64,000 nucleotides of DNA from Octopus bimaculoides (taxonomy: Eukaryota), in assembly GCF_001194135.2 (NCBI RefSeq), contig NC_068992.1, forward strand, positions 45,292,097 to 45,356,096. The letters run 5' to 3'. Below the pieces are notes generated by a model. It was given only the letters and a program-made list of their open reading frames with translations, had not been told where the DNA came from and searched no databases. The translations under genes and the position numbers were made by a program. Shown piece by piece: positions 1 to 13,105 of the stretch (position 1 is its first letter; every line of letters begins with the position of its first letter).

Positions 1-1730
1 AAATATGCGCACAGATATAGACATAAAAATAAAGGACATAATTTCCAGCATTGTGCCATCATTTTGCCCTTTTCTAATTTCCTGGTTAAATTGCCTGGCG
101 ATGGTTGTGATACTGTCATAGTGGTGGTAATGATGTTGGCTATAGTGGTGCTGGGTGTGGCAATGTTTACTGAAGTGTTGGTGAGGTGATGTTAAAAGCG
201 ACAGCGATCATAATGGGTGACAATGCTATCTGAGGGTATGGGGACACCGGGCAGTTGTGTGGAGAACTCAGGAATCTAGGGGCCCAGTTCTGATGAGTGC
301 ATGCTGTGGTTTGCTGTCAATCAATAAATGCTATAGCACTTGTGCACTAATTTGCTCGAGGGCCTTTAATGCAGTTAAGGCCAACCTTGTGGGTGTTCTG
401 AATAGTTGCGTTGATGGTGGTTGCGAGAGTTAATTTTGTTTGATATAGTATGTCATGAGTATTCGCAGTGGTCACTGATCAAAAGTAGGTAGCTGTCAGG
501 AATGGCTCTTGACCAGTAATGGCTTCGGTCAATTGTGGGTAATAGTAGTTGTGTGTACTCATTAGTGGCCAATGCTAAATAGTGGTCGTCTATGGTTAAT
601 ATATATATATATATATATGGACTGTGGGCTTCCTATATATAAAACTTCAAATTTATTTAAGAAAAGTTAACTTGTCACGAAACTTTTAAATGTTTGGCAC
701 CAAAGAAAATACGGCGAGCTGTTGGAGATTTGAACAGCTTAGAATGTCATTATTAACATATCAGATCTTGGATTGAAGAATTTCAAATTAAATTGACAAA
801 GTTTTATGTAAAATATCTGAGGGAATAAGTTTGGCAGATGTCTAACTGGAGTATTTCCATGAGATTTCAGCAATATGATGGTTCCACTCATAGTTTTTGG
901 CTCAAGGGAACTGGAATGGTGTCAGAACGAAGTTAAATGTCTCTGATGAAGAACATGAAATAAATCTGAAGACATTGGTGATTGTGGCGGTCGTGGCGAT
1001 TGTAACGATAATAGCATCAGTGGCAATGAAAGTGGTTGTAATAGTAGTACATGTAGTAGTGGTAATATGCAATGTAATGGTGGTGGTAGCGGTAGTGTTA
1101 TTTCTAGCGGTGGCAGTAGTGAGTTTTGTAGTAATCGTGGTAAATGTGGGTGTGGTGATGGTAGTTTTGGCAGTTGAGCTGGTAGTAGTATCATGATGGT
1201 GGTGGTTGTGATGAAGTTACTGGTGGTGATAGTTGTGATAGTAATGAAGGTGAGAGTACTAATAGTAGAGGGAATGATAGTGGTATTGCTGGTAGTGGGA
1301 TTAGTAGTTGTGCCAGTGGTGATGTTAGTGTTTTGATGATGATGGGGCGTTGCAGTAGAGGTGCTAGTGGTGTTGGGTGTGAAGGTAATAGTAACGGTGA
1401 TAATGAAGTAGCTGTAGTAGTAGTGGTGGTGGTTTGAAGGATGATGGTTGCGGTAAGTGTATTAGCAAATGGTGGTAGAGGTCAAGGTAGTAGTTGTGTT
1501 GGTGTTGATGACTGCAGTAGTGGTGGTAGTAGTGTTTATAGCAATAATTCTTGTAGTATTAATGGTTCTAGAAGTAGCACTGGTTGTAGACATGGTTGGA
1601 GTAATAGTAGTTGAGGTTGGAGAAAGAGCTAAAGTAATAGTAACGATTGTAGCAGTAACAGTAGCAACAGCAGCAGAAACAATAGTTGTAGTAGCAGCAG
1701 TAGTAGTAATAATGGTAAAACCTCCGATAT
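1..1730. repeat. Degenerate G/T-rich trinucleotide low-complexity region (GTA/GTG/GAT-type)
   Basis: Plus strand is dominated by gtg/gta/gat triplets, which produce the spurious Val-rich ORFs at 897-1196 and 1469-1732. Confidence 0.8.
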
Positions 1731-1770
1731 AAAATCGATAATATTAACAACCATGATGTTATCTTGGTTC

Positions 1771-1818
<48 letters not shown>

Positions 1819-1819
1819 G

Positions 1820-1862
<43 letters not shown>

Positions 1863-2035
1863 TTGTATGTATGTATGTATGTATGTGTACGAGAGCGTGG
1901 ACAAGCAAAAGAAAGTGACACTCCTTATATTCAGTAGGAGTTACATATATTTTTTAACGACAGCTTGATTCAGCAGCTCTATATGACTTAACGTTTCGTG
2001 GGTGTGTAAGACGGACACATATCATCAGATGACGT

Positions 2036-2515
2036 TTAATCGCAGCCTGCAAAAATAACACATCAAGCAGCTCGCGAAAGTGGACTAGCAAGACACACAG
2101 TACGTACGATGTAGCCTAAAGAATTGAATTTCCGCCTGAGGAGCTAAAACGTGAAAACTCTGACTGGAGAAATCCAGAAGTCCATAATACCAAGAAGTCC
2201 AGATCTCATTCCATGTGATTTTGGTTACACAAAAAAGGAGGTGTACAAGACAAAACCTCGCACATTGGATGACTCGAAGACACGGATTCAGGAGATTCTC
2301 AATAATATCCCAGACGGCGTTCTTCAGAAGGTTATTCATTCCATCCCTGGCCGTTTGAGGAATCTGGTTGATGCCACCGGTGCTTAAGTTGAAATAGGAA
2401 AATTTACTTTCATTTTCTCATGTAACAACGAACATGCATCATTTGTTTCAATAAATTTGTAAAACGAACATGGATTTTATTACCAATCTTTAATGCCTAC
2501 TTAGTTTCCCCCACC

Positions 2516-2520
<5 letters not shown>
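2036..2520 (+). mobile_element. Internally deleted Tc1/mariner transposon remnant with right terminal repeat
   Basis: Reads THQAARESGLARHTVRT*PKELNF (HTH-like), then PRSPDLIPCDF..KKEVYKTKPRTLDDSKTRIQE, matching the transposase catalytic C-terminus WPPRSPDLTPCDF..KP.T motif. It ends in ccaccgtg followed by a (TA)n tract, as expected for a TA target. Confidence 0.8.
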
Positions 2521-2571
<51 letters not shown>

Positions 2572-2831
2572 NNNNNNNNNNNNNNNNNNNNNNNNNNNNN
2601 NNNNNNNNNNNNNNNNNNNNNNNNNNNNNNNNNNNNNNNNNNNNNNNNNNNNNNNNNNNNNNNNNNNNNNNNNNNNNNNNNNNNNNNNNNNNNNNNNNNN
2701 NNNNNNNNNNNNNNNNNNNNNNNNNNNNNNNNNNNNNNNNNNNNNNNNNNNNNNNNNNNNNNNNNNNNNNNNNNNNNNNNNNNNNNNNNNNNNNNNNNNN
2801 NNNNNNNNNNNNNNNNNNNNNNNNNNNNNNN

Positions 2832-3262
2832 ATAGAACAAAAAAAAAATTTTGTATTCGAATTTATTTCATGTAAAAAATTGTCTTATTTCGATAATTTC
2901 TACTAATCACTGACGTCTATTCAGTTGAAAACAGTTAGCGCTGTAACGGTGTATATCGTATTAATCCCCTAACTAGACTGTTAACCCTAACCCTAACCCT
3001 AACCCTAAAACTAACCCTAACTCTAGAATCCGAACTCTAAAATTGTTACACACATAGATACGCACAGCGTAATTTATTATATAAACAATATATGCGTATA
3101 AATTACGATTAAACCGGATGAAATATGTCACAGGGAATAACATTTTTATGACCGCCCAGCAGTAACTCTATTCAGCTGAATAGACGTCAGTGATTGATTG
3201 AAATTACAGAAATACGACAACTTTAACAGGGAATAACTTGCGATGTACGTTTTTTTGTTTAG
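2832..3262. mobile_element. MITE-like element with ~90 bp inverted arms and internal (TAACCC)n
   Basis: 2881-2929 matches the reverse complement of 3171-3219 at 42/49 by manual alignment, and weaker similarity extends out to ~2836 and ~3259. Telomeric hexamers lie at 2982-3020. The left end is cut by an N gap. Confidence 0.7.
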
Positions 3263-3980
3263 AAGACTAAGAGTAAAAGATGTTTTATATGACACATTCT
3301 ACCAGTGTCCCAAGTTTCAAAGTGTTTCGTTAGTGTTTCGTTAAGAAAATACTGGTGCCCCCGTTTTGAAATAGATCTCAAGATATTAAAAACAAAACAA
3401 AACAAAACAAACTGTGGACCTTTTCACCCAAGGTGTTGCAGTGTATGATTCTAATTTTCTTTTGCAGTAACTGGGACCTTCGGAACAAAACAGTAACGAC
3501 CAGTTCGAGGATTGGTATAACCATTAATACTGAAATTTAGTTGAAGAAAATTTGGTTGCTATTTCTGGCAGGCCGAGAACTCCCAGGACAAGATATATGC
3601 CCTCAGCTTTTTCTTTCATCACGTGATGCTATAAGTCGTCTGCTCTTTGTCTCTGCTGGTTGTAAATCCGTTAATTCCTCTCTTTCTCCTTAGTTTTGAC
3701 CTATGACTTCCACCCCCACATAGTGTTGTATGCCTCATCCTTACCCTCCTAATTCTCACTCACCCCATGTCTCTAACCTTTCCCCCTCGTACTTATATTT
3801 CCTCCCATTCTCAATCTCCTTTGTCACATTCACATAAACACATTCACCGAAACCTTTCACGTCCTCTCTTTCTCTCTCTCTTTGTATCTGTGTGTGTGTA
3901 TGTTGCCTGCGTATCTGTGTATGCGGACGTGCGTACGCATACACGTATAGTAACTTTGTTGGTCATGCATTCACACACAT

Positions 3981-4034
<54 letters not shown>

Positions 4035-4198
4035 ATGTATGTATATATGTATGCGTATGTGTATGTATATATATCTATATATCTACATATATATACATAC
4101 ACACATATTTATACATTCTATATGCATCTATTGGTATACACTTACGTATATACGAATATGTATGAGTGCGTTAACGTAAATGTGTGTGTATAAATGCC

Positions 4199-4238
<40 letters not shown>

Positions 4239-4739
4239 TGTGTTCGTATATATATAAATGAATACACATTCAGATACACACACATATGTTTAGGATGCAA
4301 ACTGCAAGATAATATTGTTCAAGTTGAATTAGTTTTTGTCGAGATATAGGATGTTATTGCAATGTAATTTGCAAATAGCTACAGCTATTGTAGAACACAA
4401 CAGAACAGAGTTGGTAACGGTGGGAGATATATATACAGAGGAAATAGCAAGAAGAGAGAGAGAGAGAGAGAGAGAGGGGGGAGTGGAGAGAGAGAAAAGT
4501 GAGTGAGAAGCAGAGTGAATGAGTTGCAATCATTTCATCTAATCTGGCCATATCTAATGAAATGTTATTCTCTACAGAGAAGTTAGAAGCGAGAAGTGAC
4601 AACGTCCATTAAGTCTTATCGAAATACACCATGGACAATATTTAAACGGAGATCAGATAAACAGAATGTACAAAGAATCGGCTTGCTGATTACATTGTTA
4701 ACAGCAGTTTCGGATGAACGAAATCTATCTGGCTTCCCA

Positions 4740-4802
<63 letters not shown>

Positions 4803-5579
4803 CACACGCACACACACACACACTGACACTGTTTTTCTTCACCTCTCCCTCACATCCACCGTATCAGAGCGTGACGGGATGTACAATTTGTACAACGATA
4901 ACAACAACAACAACAACAGCAACAACAACGACGACAACAACAACAGCAAAATGATGTTGCTTCGAACATTGATCTAGTGAGAACTAAGTCCAGTTAAATC
5001 AGATTTTCTGGAGTAACGAAACTAAAACGCCACTGAATCGGTGGAGAGGTTACTTCCGGTGTTTAGGAATGTCTATCAAAAACCAAGAATGCTGGGAGAT
5101 CTTTACTGTTAAGCTTCAAATCAGCTTTGATCCAACAGATGAAACGTAATCAAAGATTTTAAAGTCGTGATTATCCCGTCTTTCTGTTTTCTTGAATACA
5201 TTATGTATCTAGGACTACATTAACAAATGTGTCCTTAAAAATAAACTTGGCTGTGAATTAGAAAAGATTTGGCTGTTCTTGGCAGAGTGGTGGCTGCATA
5301 GAAGTTTTCTCACTGCTTTGTATAGCGACAAGTTCTTGATTGAGCCTCATTGGTACGCAAGAGTTTCAATTCCCGGTGAAACAATTTATTTCAGTTTTTG
5401 ACAGTCAAACTTCGACCTTGACACAATCGATAAAGTGAGTATTGTTATTTCGATACAGAAATGCATTATTCACGTAATTCTATAGGAGTATGAAAGCAAC
5501 GATGAAAGTTAAGGCAAAAATGGACATTTTTATTTCACACACACACATATGAAATGTCATTTGGTGGCACCCAAGCATA

Positions 5580-5780
5580 ACTTGTCAATCTCGGTCGACA
5601 GCTTTACATATCTCAGAAGCTGAAGTTGAAGTTAAGACCAGCATAAATAAAACATTATCATCATTCTAACGCTTTCGTCTGATATAGAAATCGAAAACCA
5701 CCAGGAAGAAGTTAAAGCTGCAGCTATACTCCTCTTTTGTTATGCCAACAGTAATCTACACTAGTGAATCCTGTTTGTGT
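5580..5780 (+). mobile_element. RTE-clade LINE fragment (post-RT region)
   Basis: Frameshifted translation gives VDSFTYL..EVEVKTSINK and KLKLQLYSSFVMPTVIYTSESC, resembling RTE ORF motifs F.YLGS..EV..RI.KA and KL.LY...V.P..IY.SETW. Confidence 0.55.
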
Positions 5781-7160
5781 AGAGTTTGTGCATGTATGCA
5801 TGAATATTGCTGCCGTTGTTGATAATCTTAACATTAGGTCAACCTGATGAAGCTGATCTTTGAAAAATGTATTGTTGTTGAGAGCAATCTTACCCTTTCC
5901 CACGTAACCTATGTTTCTGTTCGCTTGCCTCTTGTCGGATCGAAACTAAGACTACCCAAGACGCTTTTAGGTATTTCTTCTATTAAACGAAATAGAAAGC
6001 ATCCAATATTCTCTGTAAATTTAGTCTGACTGTGTGTTAGGCCGTTGATGTGACTTTTAATAACATCCTATCGTTTTCACGTTATTTTCCTTTTTGATGT
6101 CTGCCTTTCTAGCTTCTTTCTCATACAACACATCGTTAACATTTTCGTATTTCAGAATTCACAATTCTCATCGGAAGACTACGTTACTCAATTACACGAC
6201 CGTAACCATATATTTCACCCGCGAAGCAAGCAAAATACATGAGAAAATACTCTTCAAATATTTTACAGCCGAACTGCTTTTGCTCAACAACCTACCTTGC
6301 TTTCTCTGCTTATTACTCCTGGTGTCTGTCAGCTAATGTTTTTCACCACTGCATTTTCCCACATGGTTGCAAGAGGATAGAGTTCTTACACTCAGCCAGT
6401 TTCTGGTGCTCAGGAGTAGGTGACAATCTGAAGAGATAGGTGGTAATGTTGGCAGAACAATCTCAGCTATTTGCTGTCTTTGTTGAGTCTGCTGCCATAC
6501 ACCATACTCTTTCTTGCTCTTCTAGTTCTCTAGTAGCATGGAGCTTTCAAGTGGCTCTAACTCGCACATTCACTGGGGTTTTTTGCCATGCACTGCCATT
6601 CTTATTGTTTTTGTTTCCATCACCATGATGCGACATATCTCTAGGACTACCCTATGGTTTTCGGAATACTTGGAAACTTCTAACGCACTTTCCCAACAAT
6701 ATTTCCTTTTCTGCCACGTCATCATTCTTCATCTGCCAATATACCCACGCCTCATCTTCGATCTTAAAAAGTAAGTAGGCACTGCCATATGCCACTTCCC
6801 GGTCTATGAAGAGCACTCTGCTTCATATCGACCATGGTTTCTTTACTTGCTCTTTTGAGGCTACATTGAACGCTTCCCTGTTTTTCACACTAATTTTCCA
6901 GCTCATACACTCAGATGTAAATTTTCCAGGCAAGGAAATACACAGCTGTGCCGCACCACATTTTATTCTCGATTTATTTCGCCAAATTGCCTGCCTCCTA
7001 CAACATCGGTGAAACTAACATTTTCGCTCGACAATCTGCGTGCGTGTGTGTGTGTGTGTTTGTGTGCACGCGCGCGTGTATGTGTATATTTGTACGCGTT
7101 TGTGTGTGTGTTTGCGTGTGTGTGAGACCCTGTAAGAAAGAGAGGGGGAACGAAAACAGA

Positions 7161-7210
<50 letters not shown>

Positions 7211-7740
7211 GAGAAATAGAGAGTAAGATAAAGAAAGAAAGAGTCTGAGATAGATATTGATAGATAGATAGAAAGACAGAGAGAGAGAGAGAAAGAATAG
7301 TAGTGCGTGTTTGTGCGCACGTGCGTGTGATGCTGTTGCCAAAATTGTTGATGGAAATGTTTACGCTAAGGTCACCAGTCTACAAAAATGTCACTATATT
7401 TTACTTTCAATATTTTTTTGTTGTTAGATATTTTTGTTCATTTTCTACCTTTTCCTGTTAAATGTCCATAAAAACGTGTTTGTTCAGGTTCAAATTTTTG
7501 CAAAAATTCTTGCTTGAAGAAACACTTTTGATTGTTTACGACTCAAGAAGAGAATATATATTTTCTTTATAAATTAAAAGTGAACAATGAAGTAAACAAT
7601 TAATTTATTAATTAGCCTTCTAGGTAGAAATTCTGCATTAGATAAAACACTTTTCCACTTAAATTCACTACTTGAATCCACGAATTTGGTGACCGCAACG
7701 TAACACATTGGAGTGACATAACAACAACGGTAACAACATC

Positions 7741-7789
<49 letters not shown>

Positions 7790-7814
7790 GCAATGAAGAT
7801 GATGACGATGACGT

Positions 7815-7845
<31 letters not shown>

Positions 7846-8411
7846 AACGACAAGAGGAAGAAGAAGAGAAACAACAACAACAGCGCCAACGGCAACAACA
7901 AAACGCTTTAGATATGTTCTGTTTAATGATCAAAGGCTCAATTCCATATCCATAAAACGGTTCGGGAGACCACATAGACACAAAAGACATGCAACTGATG
8001 GCCTGGTTATAGAATTCTATGCTCTCCACACTTCTCTCTCTCTTTTTTTCTTTCTGTATATATTATATATATATATATGTGTGAGCGTGCGTGTGTGTAT
8101 GTATGTATACATGTATGAGTATATGTATATTTATATATAGACAGACACATATGCACATGAATTTTGTATGTGTGTGTATGTGTATATGTGCGTGTGTGTG
8201 TGTGTGTGTGTGCGTGTATGTGCATTTGCGTCTGTGTGCGTGGAATATTAATGTTCAAATATGGAAATATAGCAGACAGCTTTATGCACTAAGCTAAGCT
8301 TTTAAAATTATCTTTTCGCTTTTGTTATAGAATTTTATTTGGTCAGCTGTGTCTGGCGTTATGCAATAGAATTTGGATACCAAGTAGACGCATGTATAGA
8401 AATATGTATGC

Positions 8412-8461
<50 letters not shown>

Positions 8462-9333
8462 GCATATAAATATGTAAATGTATATGTATATATAAATATG
8501 TATATATATATGCGTGAGTGTGTGTATATATGTGTGTATGTATGTATGTATGTATGTATGTATGTATGTATGTATGTATATATATAAATAAATATATANN
8601 NNNNNNNNNNNNNNNNNNNNNNNNNNNNNNNNNNNNNNNNNNNNNNNNNNNNNNNNNNNNNNNNNNNNNNNNNNNNNNNNNNNNNNNNNNNNNNNNNNNN
8701 NNNNNNNNNNNNNNNNNNNNNNNNNNNNNNNNNNNNNNNNNNNNNNNNNNNNNNNNNNNNNNNNNNNNNNNNNNNNNNNNNNNNNNNNNNNNNNNNNNNN
8801 NNNNNNNNNNNNNNNNNNNNNNNNNNNNNNNNNNNNNNNNNNNNNNNNNNNNNNNNNNNNNNNNNNNNNNNNNNNNNNNNNNNNNNNNNNNNNNNNNNNN
8901 NNNNNNNNNNNNNNNNNNNNNNNNNNNNNNNNNNNNNNNNNNNNNNNNNNNNNNNNNNNNNNNNNNNNNNNNNNNNNNNNNNNNNNNNNNNNNNNNNNNN
9001 NNNNNNNNNNNNNNNNNNNNNNNNNNNNNNNNNNNNNNNNNNNNNNNNNNNNNNNNNNNNNNNNNNNNNNNNNNNNNNNNNNNNNNNNNNNNNNNNNNNN
9101 NNNNNNNNNNNNNNNNNNNNNNNNNNNNNNNNNNNNNNNNNNNNNNNNNNNNNNNNNNNNNNNNNNNNNNNNNNNNNNNNNNNNNNNNNNNNNNNNNNNN
9201 NNNNNNNNNNNNNNNNNNNNNNNNNNNNNNNNNNNNNNNNNNNNNNNNNNNNNNNNNNNNNNNNNNNNNNNNNNNNNNNNNNNNNNNNNNNNNNNNNNNN
9301 NNNNNNNNNNNNNNNNNNNNNNNNNNNNNNNNN

Positions 9334-9371
<38 letters not shown>

Positions 9372-9776
9372 TACGTATATATTGCACTCCCACACACACA
9401 GATATATTTTAGAAAGAGAGATAACAGTACATAGAACTGACAAGTAGATATTCATGTTAAGAATTAGTAGAATTATTCCGTTCTTCTATTGCGAAGAAAC
9501 TGAGGAACCATGTGTCAAATGACTGATAGTCTTCTGGGGATGTAATTTTTCAATTAAATACCGAATACACTTTGCTATAAACAACTGAACATGTCGCGTG
9601 AACATAGTTCAATATGGGCCACACGGTAAGTGTATCATCTCTTTAGAAAAGCGCACTAAGTTCGAATCGTTTCAGAGGGCATCTTTCCGTTTTCTCAATC
9701 AGAAATTTACAAATTCGTGTTTACGAAAATATAATGCGCAATGAATTGTGTAAACATACATACAAGGCCTTAAGAT

Positions 9777-10185
9777 TCAATTTTGGTATGAATCTAGGAG
9801 TTTGCTTTCTAATGCTCGTCCTCGGGTATTGGTTACCAGATGCATTTGCTTATATGTTTTTTCATCATACCTAATTTTTATAAGGATTGCTTCTGTTTTT
9901 AGGCTCCACGTTCGTGTTATCTTTATTTTATAATTTCGAAAGTTTCTCTGTATTTTTGAAGATACATAATCATCTGTTGGTATTGATACATCGAATAGAA
10001 GCCATTTTTCCTTGTTGGTCTCTGACAACTACATTCGGTCTATTAAAGTTGATCTCTATCTGTGTCTATTGGCATATCCCAGTGTAAGGCTACTTTATCA
10101 ATTCAGAGACCTCTTCTGGGATATGCTTCTACCAACTTTTTTCTGTTGTCATTCCAAAGAATACCAGGTATATACATGAGCATAC
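9777..10185 (-). mobile_element. R4/Dong-clade LINE 3' fragment (restriction-like endonuclease domain)
   Basis: Minus strand reads LHWDMPIDTDR..NRP.VVVRD and WLLFDVSIPTDDYVS..TRTWSLKTEAI, typical of the R4/Dong endonuclease C-terminus. It contains frameshifts. Confidence 0.8.
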
Positions 10186-10261
10186 ATAGACGAAGACAAA
10201 TCGGTGGACTTGTAACGAAGCACTTGGAAAAATAAGTCCACATTGGCCGGCATCGATTATT

Positions 10262-10610
10262 GTTGCTGGACTGAAGACCCAGGGAAAGTGCTCGAATCAG
10301 GTACTGTAAAAAGGGACTGGGAAGAGATCGTGTGCATGGTGGCCAATGTCGCTAGAAAATAGGGTGACAGGAAGCTGTTTCTTAAAGGCCGTACCGAGGC
10401 AGTTAATGCACACATCACATCTGTGGCGTAGCACCGCTCTACTCTTGTACCTTGTCTCAAGAAACTTTTGATTAGTATCCAGTGCCTGCTTTACTGCTTC
10501 TTATGGAATGGTCAGGTGCTACTGGCCAGGAAATCAATCTCCTGTCAACAACCACTACGTGGTGGTCTCAAATGCCATCCTTGATAATGCGTCGGCTCGA
10601 GCTCAAGCTA
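10262..10610 (+). mobile_element. L1/Tx1-clade LINE fragment (C-terminal to RT)
   Basis: Reads WTEDPGKVL..RDWEEIV..RK*GDRKLFLKGRTEAVNAHI..LVPC..CFLWNGQVLLARKSISCQQPLRGGL, matching the L1/Tx1 W..R.LSL.GR and FLW..GGLG motifs, with in-frame stops. Confidence 0.8.
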
Positions 10611-11060
10611 ATTGCAGTTACAGAAATATCTAAATTATGGTGATGATGTCAGTGATGACAACAAAACAAGGGCGCCTTTGTATGTGTGTATGTTTGTATG
10701 TATATATCTATGTATGTATGTATGTATGTATGTATGTATGTATGTATGTATGTATGTATGTATGTACGTATGTACGTGTGTATGTGTGTGTTTGTGTGTG
10801 TTTGGATTTACGAAGCAATGTATCATGTGATGAAAGTTATAATTGATTATATTGGCCTCATTAAATAACTGACACTTATGTTATTGATTTCTTCATTGAT
10901 GTGATTCCAGACTCGAACATAGAGTGTATGTGTGTGCGCACGCATATGTGTGTGGTAGGGCAACTAATTAGTACAAGACGTAACAACCTTTGTTCAACAG
11001 ATTCTGATGGTTCCCGCTACCGATCAGTCATTTCTGTTTGTAATACATTTGGTGCAATAT

Positions 11061-11112
11061 AGATTATCTCTTGGATGATACGATTATCTCTTGGATGAGC
11101 GATTATCTCTTA
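11061..11112. repeat. Short tandem repeat, ~2.5 copies of gattatctcttggatga
   Basis: Visible directly: gattatctcttggatgatac / gattatctcttggatgagc / gattatctctt. Confidence 0.85.
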
Positions 11113-11549
11113 TATCTAAAATTCCAAAAGTATGGTTGAAGTGTTCTTGGTGACACATGTTATATTGCAAGAACACTTGATTAAGCCTAAGCAAACAATA
11201 TGATATGCCGCAACTGATATCCCGCAAGGGCCTTTTATTGGATAACGTCTCAAGTTAATGTATAGAAAGGGGATGGTGTATACCTTAGAATTGATTTTGT
11301 TTATATCTGGTATTTTAACGATTATGAGAGGATAAATGATAAAACCTAATTTGGGGGAATTTGAATAGAAATATATAAAGACTTGAAGTAAATACTGAGA
11401 GTAAATATGGTAATCTGTCGTCCCTGCTGTTCTAAAACCTGATAGAAACAAATGAAGAAAAAGAAAATAATGATGATAAACCATTACATCCTAAATAATT
11501 ATAAACAATTTCAGAATTTGAAATGATTGTGTAAAATTTTGTTTCGTTT

Positions 11550-12290
11550 TACCAAATTGATCTTGACCATGGTTTGAAGGTAACTGGACATTTTCTCAGA
11601 AGCACCGTGTTATTTAAGGCCGCATTATTTAATGGGAAAAACTGTTGATACTTGAATATCCCAAGAGATTGCATTACAAATTTGCTTTTTAGATAGCTGT
11701 TGGGATATTTTCCATAGAAATCGGGCGCCAATAATTCATAATAGAATTTAATTGGTAAAATTAATCAAAACTATTTTCTTTCTTTTTATTACTTTCAAAA
11801 AGGGACATGAAAAAATATATTGAAAATTTCATGGGAATTTTAAATATTTATGTTCAGATATTTAAAGCTATTTTTGTCTAATATCAAAATTATGGCAGAA
11901 CTTAAATTAATTAATTACAAAATTGTTTATAAATCCTTCTTATAAAAAAAGAAGCACCTAATGCTGAAATTACTTCGTAGTTTGGGATCATTAACTTAGC
12001 AACGATGCTTTCTTTTCGATGGAAATATTTTGGCAACATCCAACGTAATTTACTCCCTGCAACTATATTTCATGCTAAAATATTATTAACCCTTGTAAAA
12101 TTTGTTTCGCAATTTTTTTCATTCTTCAATACCAGGATCATATATCAGCACTGCAAACTATCTAACATACTCAACTTTTTTTCGTTAGAATCTAGAGCAC
12201 TCACCTTTTTGGTTTAGAAAAAATGCTTTTTTTTTCTATCCCAGGTTACTTCCGACCCATTAGGCTTATGATTAGTAACGGTCTACATTT
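11550..12290 (-). mobile_element. Highly decayed L1-clade LINE fragment with a locally inverted piece
   Basis: Minus strand gives LQ.AD.MILVLK (RT-like), SFKYLNINI (FKYLG-like) and RFLWKISQ..AISW..FPIK*CGL (FLW..W..P..GGL-like). Plus strand 12205-12290 gives KKNA..YFRPIRLM (FRPISL-like). Confidence 0.55.
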
Positions 12291-12341
12291 GACCATTTTC
12301 TTTATACCTAAGGACTGACTCACCCCTTCTCTCTCTCTCTC

Positions 12342-12379
<38 letters not shown>

Positions 12380-12874
12380 NNNNNNNNNNNNNNNNNNNNN
12401 NNNNNNNNNNNNNNNNNNNNNNNNNNNNNNNNNNNNNNNNNNNNNNNNNNNNNNNNNNNNNNNNNNNNNNNNNNNNNNNNNNNNNNNNNNNNNNNNNNNN
12501 NNNNNNNNNNATATATATATATATATATATATACAGTGTATCACAACAGTATTACTTGGGTTAGCGATGACAAATCAAAGATATATACAAAAATAGACTG
12601 AACACTATTTTTATACCAACGCTTTTTAAAAACCATCGCTATATTTGATCATACACATTGTTTATTTCAAACATTTTCTATGTTTAAGGTCGTGAGCCAA
12701 TATAGCCTCATTGAAATTAAGTTACTTGTGGTCCCTCCCTCCCTCGCTCTCTCCCTCCCTTTCTCTCTCTCCCCCTTACTATTATAGTCTGACACGTATA
12801 TATATATGTGCGTGCGTGTGTGTGTGTGTGTGTGTGCGTGTGTGCATATATACATATGTATATGTGCGTTTCTC

Positions 12875-12935
<61 letters not shown>

Positions 12936-12987
12936 ATATATGCACACGCATACATTCATACACACATACATACATACATACAAACGA

Positions 12988-13105
12988 ACAAAGATATCCT
13001 GTTGTTGATGTTAAAATTCCAATGAAGGAGCCTTGGATCTAGGTTAGAAACCGGTTCTTTCTCTATTGGCAGGAAATCGTGAAATAAACTGAATAATGAT
13101 ATACA
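12988..13105 (+). repeat. Interspersed repeat following (TATC)n/(TACA)n tracts; partial second copy at ~35365-35397
   Basis: gttgatgttaaaattccaatgaaggagccttgga here versus gttgatgttgaaattccagtgacagagacttgga near 35370. Both lie downstream of (TATC)n-containing compound microsatellites. Confidence 0.5.

Noticed and set aside
897-1732. Val-rich and Pro/Leu-rich ORFs resembling membrane or mucin-like proteins
   Set aside because: They are translations of degenerate GTN-type trinucleotide repeats, with no domain motifs or splice evidence.
6380-6880. Possible minus-strand LINE (RTE-like) remnant
   Set aside because: Composition is suggestive, but I could not recover convincing collinear motifs.
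8294-9455. Very long ORFs of 300-400 aa here and at 22708-23990, 26520-27792, 28733-29688 and 57497-58611
   Set aside because: They span N gaps and (TA)n/(CA)n tracts, so they are artefacts of missing stop codons.
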